The translations under genes were made by a program, and so were the position numbers. A stretch of DNA of 63,721 nucleotides, filler included, from Octopus bimaculoides (taxonomy: Eukaryota), in the NCBI RefSeq assembly GCF_001194135.2. It is 3 parts of 2 records of this genome, joined end to end, with 100 filler letters (N's around TTAATTAATTAA, not from the genome) between each part and the next. Parts side by side here need not be neighbours in the genome. Positions count along the whole stretch, not along the records: positions 24,049 to 53,135 come from NC_068985.1; 2 more parts are not named here. One strand, 5' to 3'. This document shows positions 34,546 through 47,275 of the stretch, piece by piece. The notes beneath the pieces are model-generated. The model had not been told where the DNA came from, did not search any database, and saw nothing but the letters and a program-made list of their open reading frames with translations. How positions within the stretch are numbered: the stretch's first letter is position 1; the number at the start of each line of letters is the position of its first letter.

Positions 34546-36379
34546 TTGTCTCCTTGGATGCTGGGCTCAATCTGTCTCCCAGTTTAAAACTGCGCTTGAT
34601 CCTTGAATGTCACTTAGAGAAATGCTTTATGTTACAAGCATCACAGCTTAGTCTCTATTTTGGAGATAAATTCCTCTCTTCTCCCGAGTCTTGCAAACCC
34701 TGGAAAAAGTCATTATCTCTGTCCTTTCCGCTCGTATTAATTTTCAGTACAAACTTAGTTAAAAAGGAGACATAAATTTCATATTTTTAAAAAGAATGAA
34801 ATAAAATTCAAGTGTTCAAATTTCATTTCTACAATATGTTTTTGATAAATTGAACCTAGAATTTGAAATGAGATAAATTCGAAAATAAAAGCGAGAACAC
34901 TAAATACAAAACGATATAGAGTTAAGCTCTTAGTTCTACATCGGTGTATCTCAGTATCTTTCACTTCCTGGTAAACAAGATGTGAAACAAAAAAATTACT
35001 GATGCAGTTCACATGGAAATTTTGAAGAAAACTATGTTATAAAGCTAAACATTAAAAACAACTATAGAAAACTATTCTTCATCTTGCTTTATTAATCATC
35101 ATATTTTTGTATAACAAAATTATGAATAACTACTTTTTCAAGATTGTCAACAGTTACCATGGAGTTTCTAAAGCTTTAGATTATATTTTTAAAAATCTGC
35201 AGGACACTCTGATTCTCCTTATTGTTCACTGTTTGAGAACCACTCTTCCACATAGACGTAGTATAGAAGTATCATAGAAACGGTAATACTTCAGTCAACA
35301 ATCCAACTCCTCTACACCCGTACAAACACACACATACACACATACCCATACATGCACGCACACACATGCAGGCATTCATACACACACATATGCATACACA
35401 TCTCTGCAAACCATCACTGTCTCCCGAACTCTCTTTGTCTTGACTAGTTATTTTAATCTTTAATCAAATAATGTAATTATTTAATATAAAATTTTAAAAG
35501 GTATCAAAACAAAATTTAGTCAATTTTGATATTAATTTTGGTGATAACAAAATTTTAGAGGAAAAAAAGAAACATTTCAGAAAGTGTAATGAATTAATGG
35601 ACCCGAAAATGAATATTAAACAGGAAGAAGAAATATCAAACAAGAAGATTATTAAACAAGATGACCAACAAAATTAATGATCCTTCATGTTTAATTAATA
35701 TGGGTGTTTTTGAATTAAAGTCCACGAAGGGAGAGCGTTTGCATTTGATAAATTTGCAACCTTCATTGTCTCCAATGCAATATCTTGATATTGAAATTTA
35801 GTTAGCAATCATTTGTAATACAAAACAAAGTGATGGGTTTTTGTTTCTTTACAATAAAATTGAATAGGATTCTATTTTGCCCGAAAGTTAAAAGAAAAAA
35901 GAGCTTTTTGAAATATCTCGCAATCATTGTAAAGAAATTAAAAATTTACAGTTCCGTGCAGAGATATAGAAATAATGTAAACAAAAATAACAAACAACAG
36001 GTGAATTCACTTAGAAATTGAAGGTTTTACAGTTTAGCAGGTAGGCTACTGAAATGTATCGAACAAAAAGGAGTTGGATTCAAAATCATTTCATTACAAT
36101 GAATGAAACTGTTGTGTATTCATTCAACATACATAAACATCGACGTAATATGATTGGAAAGATTTTCATACTACGAGATATTGTAACTCGTAACAGTATA
36201 GAAGTAGAAGTATACCTCAATGCAATAAGGGAGTGTGTATGTGGCAGCTCCTCTTGTTAGAAACAGCAGGGAAAATGCGATTTAAAAGGTCGGATAGTTA
36301 GTCCTTGAAATGCATCCGATTATAGGCTAATTCAGTCAGAACTGGCCTAGCACTAAGAGTATATTCTAATAATAGCTTC

Positions 36380-37030
36380 TAAGATACGCAGAAGACCTCA
36401 AATTTAGGGGAGAGCTGTAGTCGATTATACGGACATCAGTACTTGAATATATATTTTATTTCCCTGAAATCAGCGGGATTTGGACTGAAACCGTCAAAGA
36501 TCCGAAACAAATGCTATACGAGAGTATTTGCTTTGGCTCTGTGCATTCGGTTCGATATTCTAACGATTCCAGCAATTTACTGCTATAGTCTACCTAAATG
36601 ATAATTTCTGGCGGGCACAACTCCAGAAATACTTTGGGACGGAGAGCAGAGGATTACAACGTCTCTAGTATTTGATTGGTATTTTCTTTTATCGATTAAC
36701 CAAGAATGAAAGGCAAAGTTGACCTGAGTGAGATCTGAACTTAGAGAAGTAATGAGCCGAAACAAATATTGCAAAGTATTTTATGCAGCACTTTAATAAC
36801 TCAGCCATGCTATTCCATCGTTCTCGTATACCATTATGAGTTCCATTATTAAGTTATACATTTTTGGAAAGATCTATCTACAGAAAAACTGATGTCATTT
36901 TATCAACCTCAGAATGACAAAAGCAAAGTTGACCTCGGCGAAATTTGAACTCGCATCATAAAGAGAAGTGTTTAAATACAAGGCATTTTTCAGCACTCCA
37001 CAATTTCCGTCATTCAACCATTCAAACGCT
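36380..37030 (-). mobile_element. Three old SINE-B copies in the same orientation
   Basis: AAAGTTGACCT...TTGAACT blocks at about 36715 and 36925, plus a more decayed copy at about 36420-36580. Confidence 0.7.
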
Positions 37031-38492
37031 TTAAAAAGAACATTTTTCAGTCGAATGGCTGAGAGTACCAAACAAATCAATATAGTGAATCAATGCAAAA
37101 ATCGATACGTTTCAATTGATAATTCAAGGCCATTTAATTCAGTTATGTTGTTAACCCTTTGCCTGTCCTGTGTATCACATGTAATACACAGGACATATTT
37201 CCTTGACATCCATGCATCATATATGATACACATACAAAATTCTTTTCAGCCACCAGAGAAACTTGGGACTTAAGAAAAGAAAGCTTTATTACACAAGACG
37301 TATGAAAGTAGGGCTAATTAAAAATTTGACAAAATGCATGGACAACAAACTTATAAAAATGCCCCGAGTAGGCAAATGGTTGAATGTTGCTTGGTACGAA
37401 CATCACAACTTCTCTTTCTTTCTGTCTTCCATAAAGAACAAAACTTTGGTGTTTCGTCGACAAAGGAAAGCATACCCGATTTAGTGTATCAGATACGATC
37501 CACGGGTTCCAAGTTACCTCCCGTTATGAAGTTTATTCCCTTAAAATATCTGAACATCCTGTAATATAATCTAGAAACTGACTTATTACGAGATGAAACC
37601 GTAAACGCGACGATGGTGTTAGCGGTAGCTGTGGTGGTGATGGCGGTGATGACGACTACGACGACAACAGACGATAACAATGACGACGACAAGGACCACA
37701 ACGAGGATGACGACGATGTATTCAATCCAGAACCTTTTTTGCCAGAAACAAATACGTTCAATAGAAACGAATGCTGGAACAGAAAATATTCAAGAGCATT
37801 CATCAGACTTCAGTTGTTTTTCTTACCTTTTTGTTTTTTGGTTTTGTTCTTGTTTAGTTTTTTTTTTTTACCTTTTCTGGTTCCTTCTATATAAATTATA
37901 GCAAAACATCCATGTTTCGCATTCATCTGGAATCTTTTCCTTTTGTTGAATTTTTCCTTATAGACTGATTAGTTTTCTGGGGTTCNNNNNNNNNNNNNNN
38001 NNNNNNNNNNNNNNNNNNNNNNNNNNNNNNNNNNNNNNNNNNNNNNNNNNNNNNNNNNNNNNNNNNNNNNNNNNNNNNNNNNNNNNNNNNNNNNNNNNNN
38101 NNNNNNNNNNNNNNNNNNNNNNNNNNNNNNNNNNNNNNNNNNNNNNNNNNNNNNNNNNNNNNNNNNNNNNNNNNNNNNNNNNNNNNNNNNNNNNNNNNNN
38201 NNNNNNNNNNNNNNNNNNNNNNNNNNNNNNNNNNNNNNNNNNNNNNNNNNNNNNNNNNNNNNNNNNNNNNNNNNNNNNNNNNNNNNNNNNNNNNNNNNNN
38301 NNNNNNNNNNNNNNNNNNNNNNNNNNNNNNNNNNNNNNNNNNNNNNNNNNNNNNNNNNNNNNNNNNNNNNNNNNNNNNNNNNNNNNNNNNNNNNNNNNNN
38401 NNNNNNNNNNNNNNNNNNNNNNNNNNNNNNNNNNNNNNNNNNNNNNAATCTGAGGGATTACTTTATACTTTTGAGGAAAATATATTTATTCT

Positions 38493-38540
<48 letters not shown>

Positions 38541-38722
38541 CGTGTGTGTGTGTGTGTGTGTGTCTGTAGGTGTGTGTCTACGTGTGTCTGTGTGTGTATG
38601 TATGTGTTTGTGTACGTATGTATGTCTGTAGTGTATGTATGAGTGATTGTGTATTTATTTGTATATTTTTGTGTACGCATATACGTGTGGGTAAGTAACT
38701 GTATAGCTGTACATGTATATGT

Positions 38723-39101
38723 GGAGGCGCAATGGCCCAGTGGTAAGGGCAGCGGTCTCGTGGTCGTAGGATCGCGGTTTCGATTCCCAGACCGAGCGTT
38801 GTGAGTGTTTATTGAGCGAAAACACCTAAAGCTCCACGAGGCTCCGGCAAGGGGTGGTTGTAAACCCTGCTGTACTCTTTCACCACAGCTTTCTCCCATC
38901 ATTCTTTCTTCCTGTTTCTGTTGTACCTGTATTTGAAAGGGTCAGCCTTTATACACTCTTCTGTTACACTGAATCTTCCCGAGAACTACGTTAAGGGTAC
39001 ACGTGTCTGCGGCGTGCCTAGCTACTTGCTCGTTAATTTAACGAGCAGGTTGTTCCAGTGATGGATCAACTGGAATCCTCGTCGTTGTAGCCGACGGAGT
39101 G

Positions 39102-39104
<3 letters not shown>
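38723..39104 (+). mobile_element. SINE-C, full length tRNA-derived SINE inserted in a microsatellite
   Basis: Box A TGGCCCAGTGG, box B GTTTCGATTCC, unique central region, tail ending GACGGAGTGCCA then (CA)n. Confidence 0.9.
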
Positions 39105-39169
<65 letters not shown>

Positions 39170-39834
39170 NNNNNNNNNNNNNNNNNNNNNNNNNNNNNNN
39201 NNNNNNNNNNNNNNNNNNNNNNNNNNNNNNNNNNNNNNNNNNNNNNNNNNNNNNNNNNNNNNNNNNNNNNNNNNNNNNNNNNNNNNNNNNNNNNNNNNNN
39301 NNNNNNNNNNNNNNNNNNNNNNNNNNNNNNNNNNNNNNNNNNNNNNNNNNNNNNNNNNNNNNNNNNNNNNNNNNNNNNNNNNNNNNNNNNNNNNNNNNNN
39401 NNNNNNNNNNNNNNNNNNNNNNNNNNNNNNNNNNNNNNNNNNNNNNNNNNNNNNNNNNNNNNNNNNNNNNNNNNNNNNNNNNNNNNNNNNNNNNNNNNNN
39501 NNNNNNNNNNNNNNNNNNNNNNNNNNNNNNNNNNNNNNNNNNNNNNNNNNNNNNNNNNNNNNNNNNNNNNNNNNNNNNNNNNNNNNNNNNNNNNNNNNNN
39601 NNNNNNNNNNNNNNNNNNNCAATATGAGTCATCCAAGGTTTATGAACCCCACAGCTTGTGCCCAGTTAGCGCTACACCTGGCAGCAAGCACTATAGTTTG
39701 AGGCAACCTCTACTGCTCAAATAACCAATTTGGTAACATTATCCACTTACAGGCCTCTTTGATATTCAGTATGTTGCAAGCTCTACAAAGGTAGGTACTC
39801 GCCACAGTAGGTGTGTGTAGGTATGCTTATATTA

Positions 39835-39965
39835 TTTTTAAATCTTGGCCCACGGATAAAAGGTAATGTCAACCTCAGCAGAATTTGAACACAGAACGTA
39901 AAGACGGACGAAATACCGCTAAGCATTTCGCTCGTCGTGCTAACAATTTTTTCCAGCTCGCCACC
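39835..39965 (-). mobile_element. SINE-B 5' part
   Basis: AATTTGAACACAGAACGTAAAGACGGACGAAATACCGCTAAGCATTTCGC..CCAGCTCGCC. Confidence 0.88.
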
Positions 39966-40695
39966 GTATGTTTGTATTCTTACTAATGAGTAATAAAATG
40001 TTTGCTTTGCTTCAGTAGTAGAACCGTGGCCAGGGGGGAAAGAGGATAGTTGAATTTGGGGCTTTTCTATGTACCTACAGACTATTATTGATAGTCGGGT
40101 TAAGGCTGGAAAAGAAACCATGATTAGAGCAGAAGTTTCACAACATTGTCGTTTTGAGAACTGGCAGAATATAGGAGTAATTTAGGGAATTAGCTACAGA
40201 AAAGATAACCGAAGCGAAAGATTAGATTTAGAAGAATTTGGGTGAACCTTGTTGGGTGAGGAACATGGTTCATAGAAATCGAAAGCACTATATGAATGGC
40301 AAATGAGATGGAGAGTCGATATAATGCTTCGAAAGACAAGCATATGTAATGTAGTGAGTTCTTGGAAGAAGTCTTACCAGTGTATTGAATTAGGACGGAA
40401 AGAAATTTCGATATTGCTATCATTTAATCTTAATTTCATAACAGCAAGAAAATTACTGACTTGTAATTTCTATAGAATGTAAATAATTTTAATTAAACAG
40501 CATTTTTACCTCTTCAATGCATCAAGCCGCAAGCACGAAGCTGCAGTATCCTATTCAAATAATACAGATAGCAGTTCACTTAAGAGGGAATCTAAACAAT
40601 AATAAAAGCATATATATGTATACATACATAAGCAGAAGATAATCCTTTTAGGAACTTCAAAGGTCTATATGTATGTGTCTTGTGAATTTCTATGC

Positions 40696-40731
<36 letters not shown>

Positions 40732-41559
40732 NNNNNNNNNNNNNNNNNNNNNNNNNNNNNNNNNNNNNNNNNNNNNNNNNNNNNNNNNNNNNNNNNNNNN
40801 NNNNNNNNNNNNNNNNNNNNNNNNNNNNNNNNNNNNNNNNNNNNNNNNNNNNNNNNNTACACATATATATATACATATATATTTATATACATATATATAT
40901 ATATACATACATACAAACATACATACATACATACATGCACACACACATGTGCATGTGTGTATGCGTGTGCCTGTGCTTGCGTGTGTGTCTATGTGTGCGT
41001 GCGCATTCTTAGATAAGCTTTCTCCAGTATTAAATGGATGAGATAAAATGTTTTTCTTTGATCGTATATAAATTTGTTGCTAGATAACATTTGCACAGAA
41101 ACCTGAGGGTGTTGTGTCTTATTTTATCTATTTGTTCATTTGTATTTTATTCATCTGAAAGAGTCAACGTGTTTAGAATTATGTATTTGATATAGAATTA
41201 CTTAAAACGCCTGATAATGGAAGTAAAAATCTACTCTCCACGACCAAGGACAAAAACATTCCGTTAAATATTCGACATACTTGTTTGTCTCACCACAAAA
41301 AGAATAATATATCGAGGATGCTTAAAGAAAGTTATAAGCTCGAACAGAAATAATTACAGCTATGTAAAGCTTGTTATCACTCGTGAGGGAAGCATGGATT
41401 GGAAGTATGTGCCATGCTTTCACTATTTTTTTTTTATATCTACTTAGTTGAGAGTAAACAAAGACATTCTGTCAACTCCCTCACCTTTCATACTGTAGAA
41501 CACCCAGGATACGAAACCTGGGAGAGAGAGGGGGGGCTGCGACATGAGCTCTCTAAAGA

Positions 41560-41695
41560 TGAGTAAACTAGAATGATGCGAATTGAAATGCTGTGCTGTA
41601 GTCAAAGTAACTTTTAAACACTCTCTCAAGGAATTGCGCTTACGCTCACAAGACCGTGAGCTGAATGTCTTAACCATTAAGCCACATGTCCTTAC
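41560..41695 (-). mobile_element. Old CORE-type SINE head fragment
   Basis: Reverse complement AAGGACATGTGGCTTAATGGTTAAG...CAATTCC. Confidence 0.5.
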
Positions 41696-43869
41696 CAATG
41701 TTACTAGTTTTATCTTATTGTTTCATACATGTAGATTCAACAAGCAAGAAGAAATTATTGAATGTTTCATATTTGCAAAAGACGCGTGGAAAGTTACGTT
41801 CTTGTTGATAAACCAAAAGAAGATTACAAAACCATCTTTTTCGTGGCCTAATTTGATTGTTGCCAATTAGTAAATGAACAATTTATTGAGAAAACTAGCT
41901 TATTCTGAAAGAGCAGCTATTTATACATTTGGCATCTTCATTATCGATTACGGCCAGTATTTCAGAGTCCTCCTCCCCCATTGCCATCACCACAGCTTGT
42001 GCTGAACACGATCCATGGTACAACATTTCAGTAGCAGTCACTGCTAAATTTGTTGTATTTTCTTACCGTCTGGTGTTAGCGAGATAAGAGGATGAGCAGC
42101 AGTTCATTTTAAGCTTCTAGCTACAGAGATATTACCCAAGTTGGCAGACATAGTTACGTATAGCTAACAGACCAAGAGCCAGGAAAGTAAATAAAATAAG
42201 TAACTAAAAGGTTTATATTCTCTCTTTTTATTCACTTTCTTTTCTCTTTGTCTTAAAACAAATAGAAAAATACATCAGAGAAAGATAATTTTCATTGGCT
42301 GAATTTTAAACGAACAAAACAGGAAATTTCCATTTTATACAATGAATCATATATTATAAATCGATTTCGTTATTTTTTTATTGTTGTTATTAAGTTTGTT
42401 GTTAGTATTGTTCTTTCTGTTCTTGTTGCTGTTGGTGTTACTACTGTTGTTGCTGCCGTTGTTTTTAGCTTGTGCCAAACACATCTAGCAAGCAAATCCT
42501 TACATGCTATTCCGAATTAAATAAACAAATTTACACTTTGCTTGATAATTGATCATCCAGTGAATCATATTGATATTGATCACTAAGCTGAAACTACAAG
42601 AAACCCAGTGAATCTAATCTAAGAAGTCTGACTTTTGCTCATAAACTGTACCAAGTGTGCAGTTTGAAGGCTGAGACATGCATTGTTATCATTTATTACA
42701 TTAGCTGCTCTTAATATATATCCGACCCATCGATTGCGCAGTGCTTTCACACAAATTTCTAAATAGTATTTGTTCTCTAACCAAAGTACCACGATAGCTT
42801 TTAGAAAATTCTTTCTGACGCCATAGAAACTGTGCTTAGAACGCTAACAATTTCAAAAGTGTATAAGAAGAGCTTTAAGCATCAAAATACCAACGAAGCA
42901 GTCGGAAGAAGAAACATATTTCTTACCTTACAGTCCGTAGTCTGCATCCGTCTTTGCTACAACAACCACACATTTGATGGGAAGTTCATACGCCGTATTA
43001 TTAACAGTGATGCAATGGTATATTTTGGGACTGTACTCGCAGAGATGAGCTTAACAGTCCGAAATGCCATTCCATTAGAAAACAATAAACAATTATTAAC
43101 AAATTGCTACAGAAAGACCATTTGGAGCTCTCATTCTTCCGTGAGCATTTTCTACCTTTTGAGAGGAGGGAGGTTATAAAATTAAAATTCCACCCTAAGT
43201 AGACACGTGGTCTATGACGACATCATCACAACCCAGGTTTAACATGGATCTAAGCAACAATAAACTATTTCCTTAGATACTACTCTAAATTTTGTACCAG
43301 TGAGCTACAATGCTGGTATTTACTCAGGTGTATGGTACATTACTTACACTCACACCAACCTATTGCGACAAATAGTGGCTTCTTTTCAAAGCCAAACTGG
43401 CAAGATCAGGAAAATACATCAATAAATTCTATGTATTTGAAAACGTGCTATTAGCACCTTCTACCTTTTGTGCTTTAACATTATAAGTCTATCGTCAGTG
43501 CGTTAGTGGATAGACTGTGATAATTTGGCCCGAAAGGAAAATAAGAATTCTTGAGTGAGAGACACTAGAATTATTTTACAATTATACAATTTATATTACC
43601 CGCATATAGCGAATGTGGTGGGTAGGAGTGTCAAAATTCACATGAAATGATTCTGTAACATAGATTCAATTCTCGAGTGAGCCAATACCTGGAAGCTGAG
43701 AACTTGAACCAGAAGAGAGGTGAACATCAGTAAAATGACTTTTCTTTTGACAGTATAATTTTAATGACGTTTTTTAAGGAAAAAAGTTACGACCTTGAGT
43801 TTTTTCAGATCGTTTGATATTAGTGGGAGAAAGGACGCAATCTTCAGATATGAGATCTAATATGAATTC

Positions 43870-44160
43870 TGAATGCAACACAGTGAACTCTGCAAAAGAA
43901 CTCAAATTATAGCAGTAAGACTGTCGAACTAAATACCTTGCAGTATTTTTTCCAGGTCTATGTCTTCTGAGTTCAAATTTCACTGAAGTCAACTTTACCT
44001 TTCATCATTTTATGGCTGATTAAATTAGTACCAATCCAGAACATTGGATTGGCAGAACAGTAAAAATGCCAGAATCAATGCCTTGCAGTATTTGTCCCGA
44101 TTCTATGCATCTAGAGTTCTAAAAACAGCTGTTATCTTCATCAGTGGTAGACTTGGCACC
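43870..44160 (+). mobile_element. Old SINE-B copy plus a second head
   Basis: CTGAGTTCAAATTTCACTGAAGTCAACTTTACCTTTCATC. Confidence 0.7.
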
Positions 44161-44267
44161 ATAGATGGTTTTAGCAGAGGAATTCAATATGTTGCAATCA
44201 TTTAAATGATTGAGATGTGTGGATACTTGCTTCCGCTGTCCCGACATCACACCAGTGCCGCTTGTTT

Positions 44268-44604
44268 CTTTTATCTTTTATTTGTGTCGGTCATTGAACT
44301 GCGGTATGCTGGGACACCGCCCTAAAGTGCTTGGTCGAATACTTATTTTTTAAGCCGCGTACTTATTCTATCGGTGTCCTTTGCCGAACTGCTAAGGCTA
44401 CGAGAATATAAACACACTAACACCGATGTGTATTTATATGATGGACGTCTTTCAGTTTCCGTCAAAAAAATCTACTCACGAGGGTTTGGTTGGCCCGGAT
44501 CTATCCTAGAAGAAATTTGTTCAAGGTGCCACCCAGTAAGACTGAACCAGATACCATGTAGTTGTGTTCGAAAGCAAACTTCTTATCACACACTCATGCC
44601 TGCG
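44268..44604 (-). mobile_element. Old SINE-A
   Basis: TACTTATTCTATCGGTGTCCTTTGCCGAAC..TTTCAGTTTCCGTC..CAAGGTGCCAC. Confidence 0.85.
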
Positions 44605-45140
44605 AGTGAATCCTATTAAAATTTCCTCTAATTTCATTGGCTTCAAAAAAATGAACCCAGCACTGATTGGAATCAGAGTGGAGTTGTCATTCCATAGAAA
44701 TATAACAAATAACTCGGAATGTATTTTTATATCGTAGCTTTTGCATTCATAACATAACATAAAATAGCATTACAAATTTTTATTATTATTTTGTTATTGC
44801 AATTTGTATGTCAGAACTACAATATGTCTGCAACGATTTTATATTCGACATTTTCGAGACTACAGTAGATCAATAAATCACGTGATACAACGAAGAAAAT
44901 GCACTGTTGTGCTTTTTGAAGGTTTTGGATGAAGAAAATCATTACTCTGGTTCTCCACTTGTATCTGCATTGTAATATTTTTATGCATTGAAATGATTCA
45001 GATATAAAGACAGTGCACAAAAAAAAAGAAGAAACTAAAATGAAATGAAACCATAGAACAATAAAAGATATTTTTAAAATAATGTTTTATAGGTATGATA
45101 AATAAGTAATAAAAATATGAATCGCAACGATAGTAATAAT

Positions 45141-45187
45141 AACAGTAACAACAATTATACTGCTACTACTACTACTACTACTACTAC

Positions 45188-45235
<48 letters not shown>

Positions 45236-45250
45236 TAATAATGATAATTT
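45141..45250. repeat. Compound (ACT)n(AAT)n microsatellite
   Basis: Direct reading. Confidence 0.95.
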
Positions 45251-45917
45251 TTTTACCGTCAGCAGGAAGCTCATTGGACATGTTTTCAAAAATCTGAACG
45301 GTGCATTGCTTCAGTTTAATGAGGCATAAAATGGATGACATGGTTCCATTGGTTCCATCGATGAACAGTGATGGATTTTTAACTATATTTTAATATAAAC
45401 CCTCTTTCTCCTCTTCTCTTTTCTACTTTCACTTTCACTATCTCTCTCCTCCTTTCTCTTATATTCAAATATATATATATTATTTTGTTAGCTAGCTGCG
45501 TTACCTCTCTCCATCTAACCAACTTTCGAAGAGACTTTCTTCTCTAAAAATCTAATTTCCGCTTCATATTCAGTTCGTTTTTTTTTCTTTTTTTTTCACT
45601 TTCTTTTCTGATTTTCTTTGTTTTGTTGTTGTTTTGGGGTTTTTTGCTTTGCTTTTTAATTTTTTTTTCTTTTGTTATTTTAGTCTGTGCCAAAGTCAGG
45701 AAGAGAGTTCTATTTTTATTCATAACACTGGCTACAACAAAGAAAATAAAATTTTAAAAAATAAACGAACAAGAAGTCGAAATAAAATAATCCAAATTGT
45801 TAATTAGCATATTAGAAACACCGAGATCTGTAATTAACCAGTTTATCGGCAATGAGGAAGATTCTGCGTTATCACTCCACCTGCTAAAAGTAGCAGTCAA
45901 ATTTCTCCGTTCCTTTT

Positions 45918-45949
<32 letters not shown>

Positions 45950-46208
45950 CTCAAGTTATTTTCAGCCGTCTTTTTAAACAGGAAAAATTCATTGGCTAAG
46001 GTAATCTGAGATAAGTTGTCTATTTATGAAAATTCATAATGAGCGTAGCTGGAAAACATTTTATTATGCACCGTCTTGATCAAGGATGGGCTGGCCGAGT
46101 GTTGTGCAACAATGGCTAAGTTGAGGAAATTTACTAACAAGCTAATGAAGAGGTCACTATTATGGTTGGTCAGTCTGCTAGAAATAGCAATGAAATCTCT
46201 CTCCCCCA

Positions 46209-46266
<58 letters not shown>

Positions 46267-46419
46267 CTCTCAAATCATACTTCGAGTGGAGCCTTGACTT
46301 CTGATAAAGTTACTGGTTCGCTGGCATGGTATGTGACATATCTCGGATGATTTTAATCCTGGCGGATCCCACTCCTCTCCATGAGGTAACACTAATACTT
46401 TCTTCCTAGGAGAAAAAAA

Positions 46420-46580
46420 GAATCGATCCCAGAACTGGAGTGGTGCTTTATTTATCGACCCCTAAAGTAAGAAAATTAAAGTTGATCAAAATAGTATTTG
46501 AACTTCGAACTACGCAGTCGAAACAAGTACTACTGTAAGTCATTTTATCCGATGTTGTCACGACGCTGCCAACTCGCTAT
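46420..46580 (-). mobile_element. Old SINE-B
   Basis: TTTATCGACCCC..AAAGTTGATC..TTTGAACT..CTGCCAACTCGC. Confidence 0.7.
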
Positions 46581-46725
46581 CTCAAATCATACTAATCTTT
46601 CCAAGTAGGAAGGATATATATTAGATAATAAAATCTAGACTAAAAAAGACGGGATGGTTACGGCTGGAATGTCTTTGATCATTAGTGGTTTGGGTAGGGC
46701 TGATCTGAGAATTAAATAACAATGA
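46580..46725 (+). mobile_element. SINE-like tail homologous to 22770-22980
   Basis: GACGGGATGGTTACGGCTGGAATGTCTTTGATC. Confidence 0.7.
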
Positions 46726-47047
46726 TCCAATTACAAAACTTTGTTATCAGTATCCAGTACTGATCGGCCGTATTACCTATCATAGGACTGTAATTTTCGA
46801 TAGTTTTACTTCTTTTCCATGAGTTTAATGTTATCATACATAAAATGAATACAATGATAGTAGTAATGGAAGAACACTAAACTAAATATCATACATTCTT
46901 TCCTTTTTTCTATCTTAGTTCTGCTTCTAAGTACTAAGAGGTTTGATTTTATTTTTGTCACATTTATTACTCCATAGTCTTTGATAAAGTTTCGAATAGA
47001 CTGCTTTTGCTGTCTATCACATTAGCATTTTAATATTTAAGACCATT

Positions 47048-47275
47048 AAAGCGGCAAAGGAGCAGAATTGTTAGCACGCCGGACAAAATGCTTACAGGTA
47101 TTTCGTTCGTCCTTACGTTCGGAGTTAAAATTTCGCAGAGGTTGATTTTGGCTTTCATTCTTTCGGGACTGATAAAATAAATGCCATTTGAGTACTAGAG
47201 TCGATGTAATCGACTTACTCCCTCACTCAAAATTGCTGGCTTTGTGCCAAAATTTGAAACAATATTTAAGATTAT
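47048..47275 (+). mobile_element. SINE-B, full length
   Basis: GCGGCAAAGGAGCAGAATTGTTAGCACGCCGGAC...GCTTTGTGCCAAAATTTGAAAC. Confidence 0.88.

Noticed and set aside
38723-38795. tRNA-like heads with box A/box B here and in other copies
   Set aside because: No complete cloverleaf, and they run directly into multi-copy SINE bodies; they are SINE heads rather than tRNA genes.
25580-42930. Minus-strand donor-like sites (about 25585, 33750, 37826, 42066, 42926) and a possible 42.1 kb to 33.8 kb exon chain
   Set aside because: G|GTAAGA-type hexamers are expected several times per strand by chance, and the chained peptide is unrecognisable.
42832-43179. 115-aa + strand ORF and a 40-codon antisense frame with AG|GTAAGA
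   Set aside because: No recognisable motif, a TTG/GTG start, and no good acceptor for the antisense frame.
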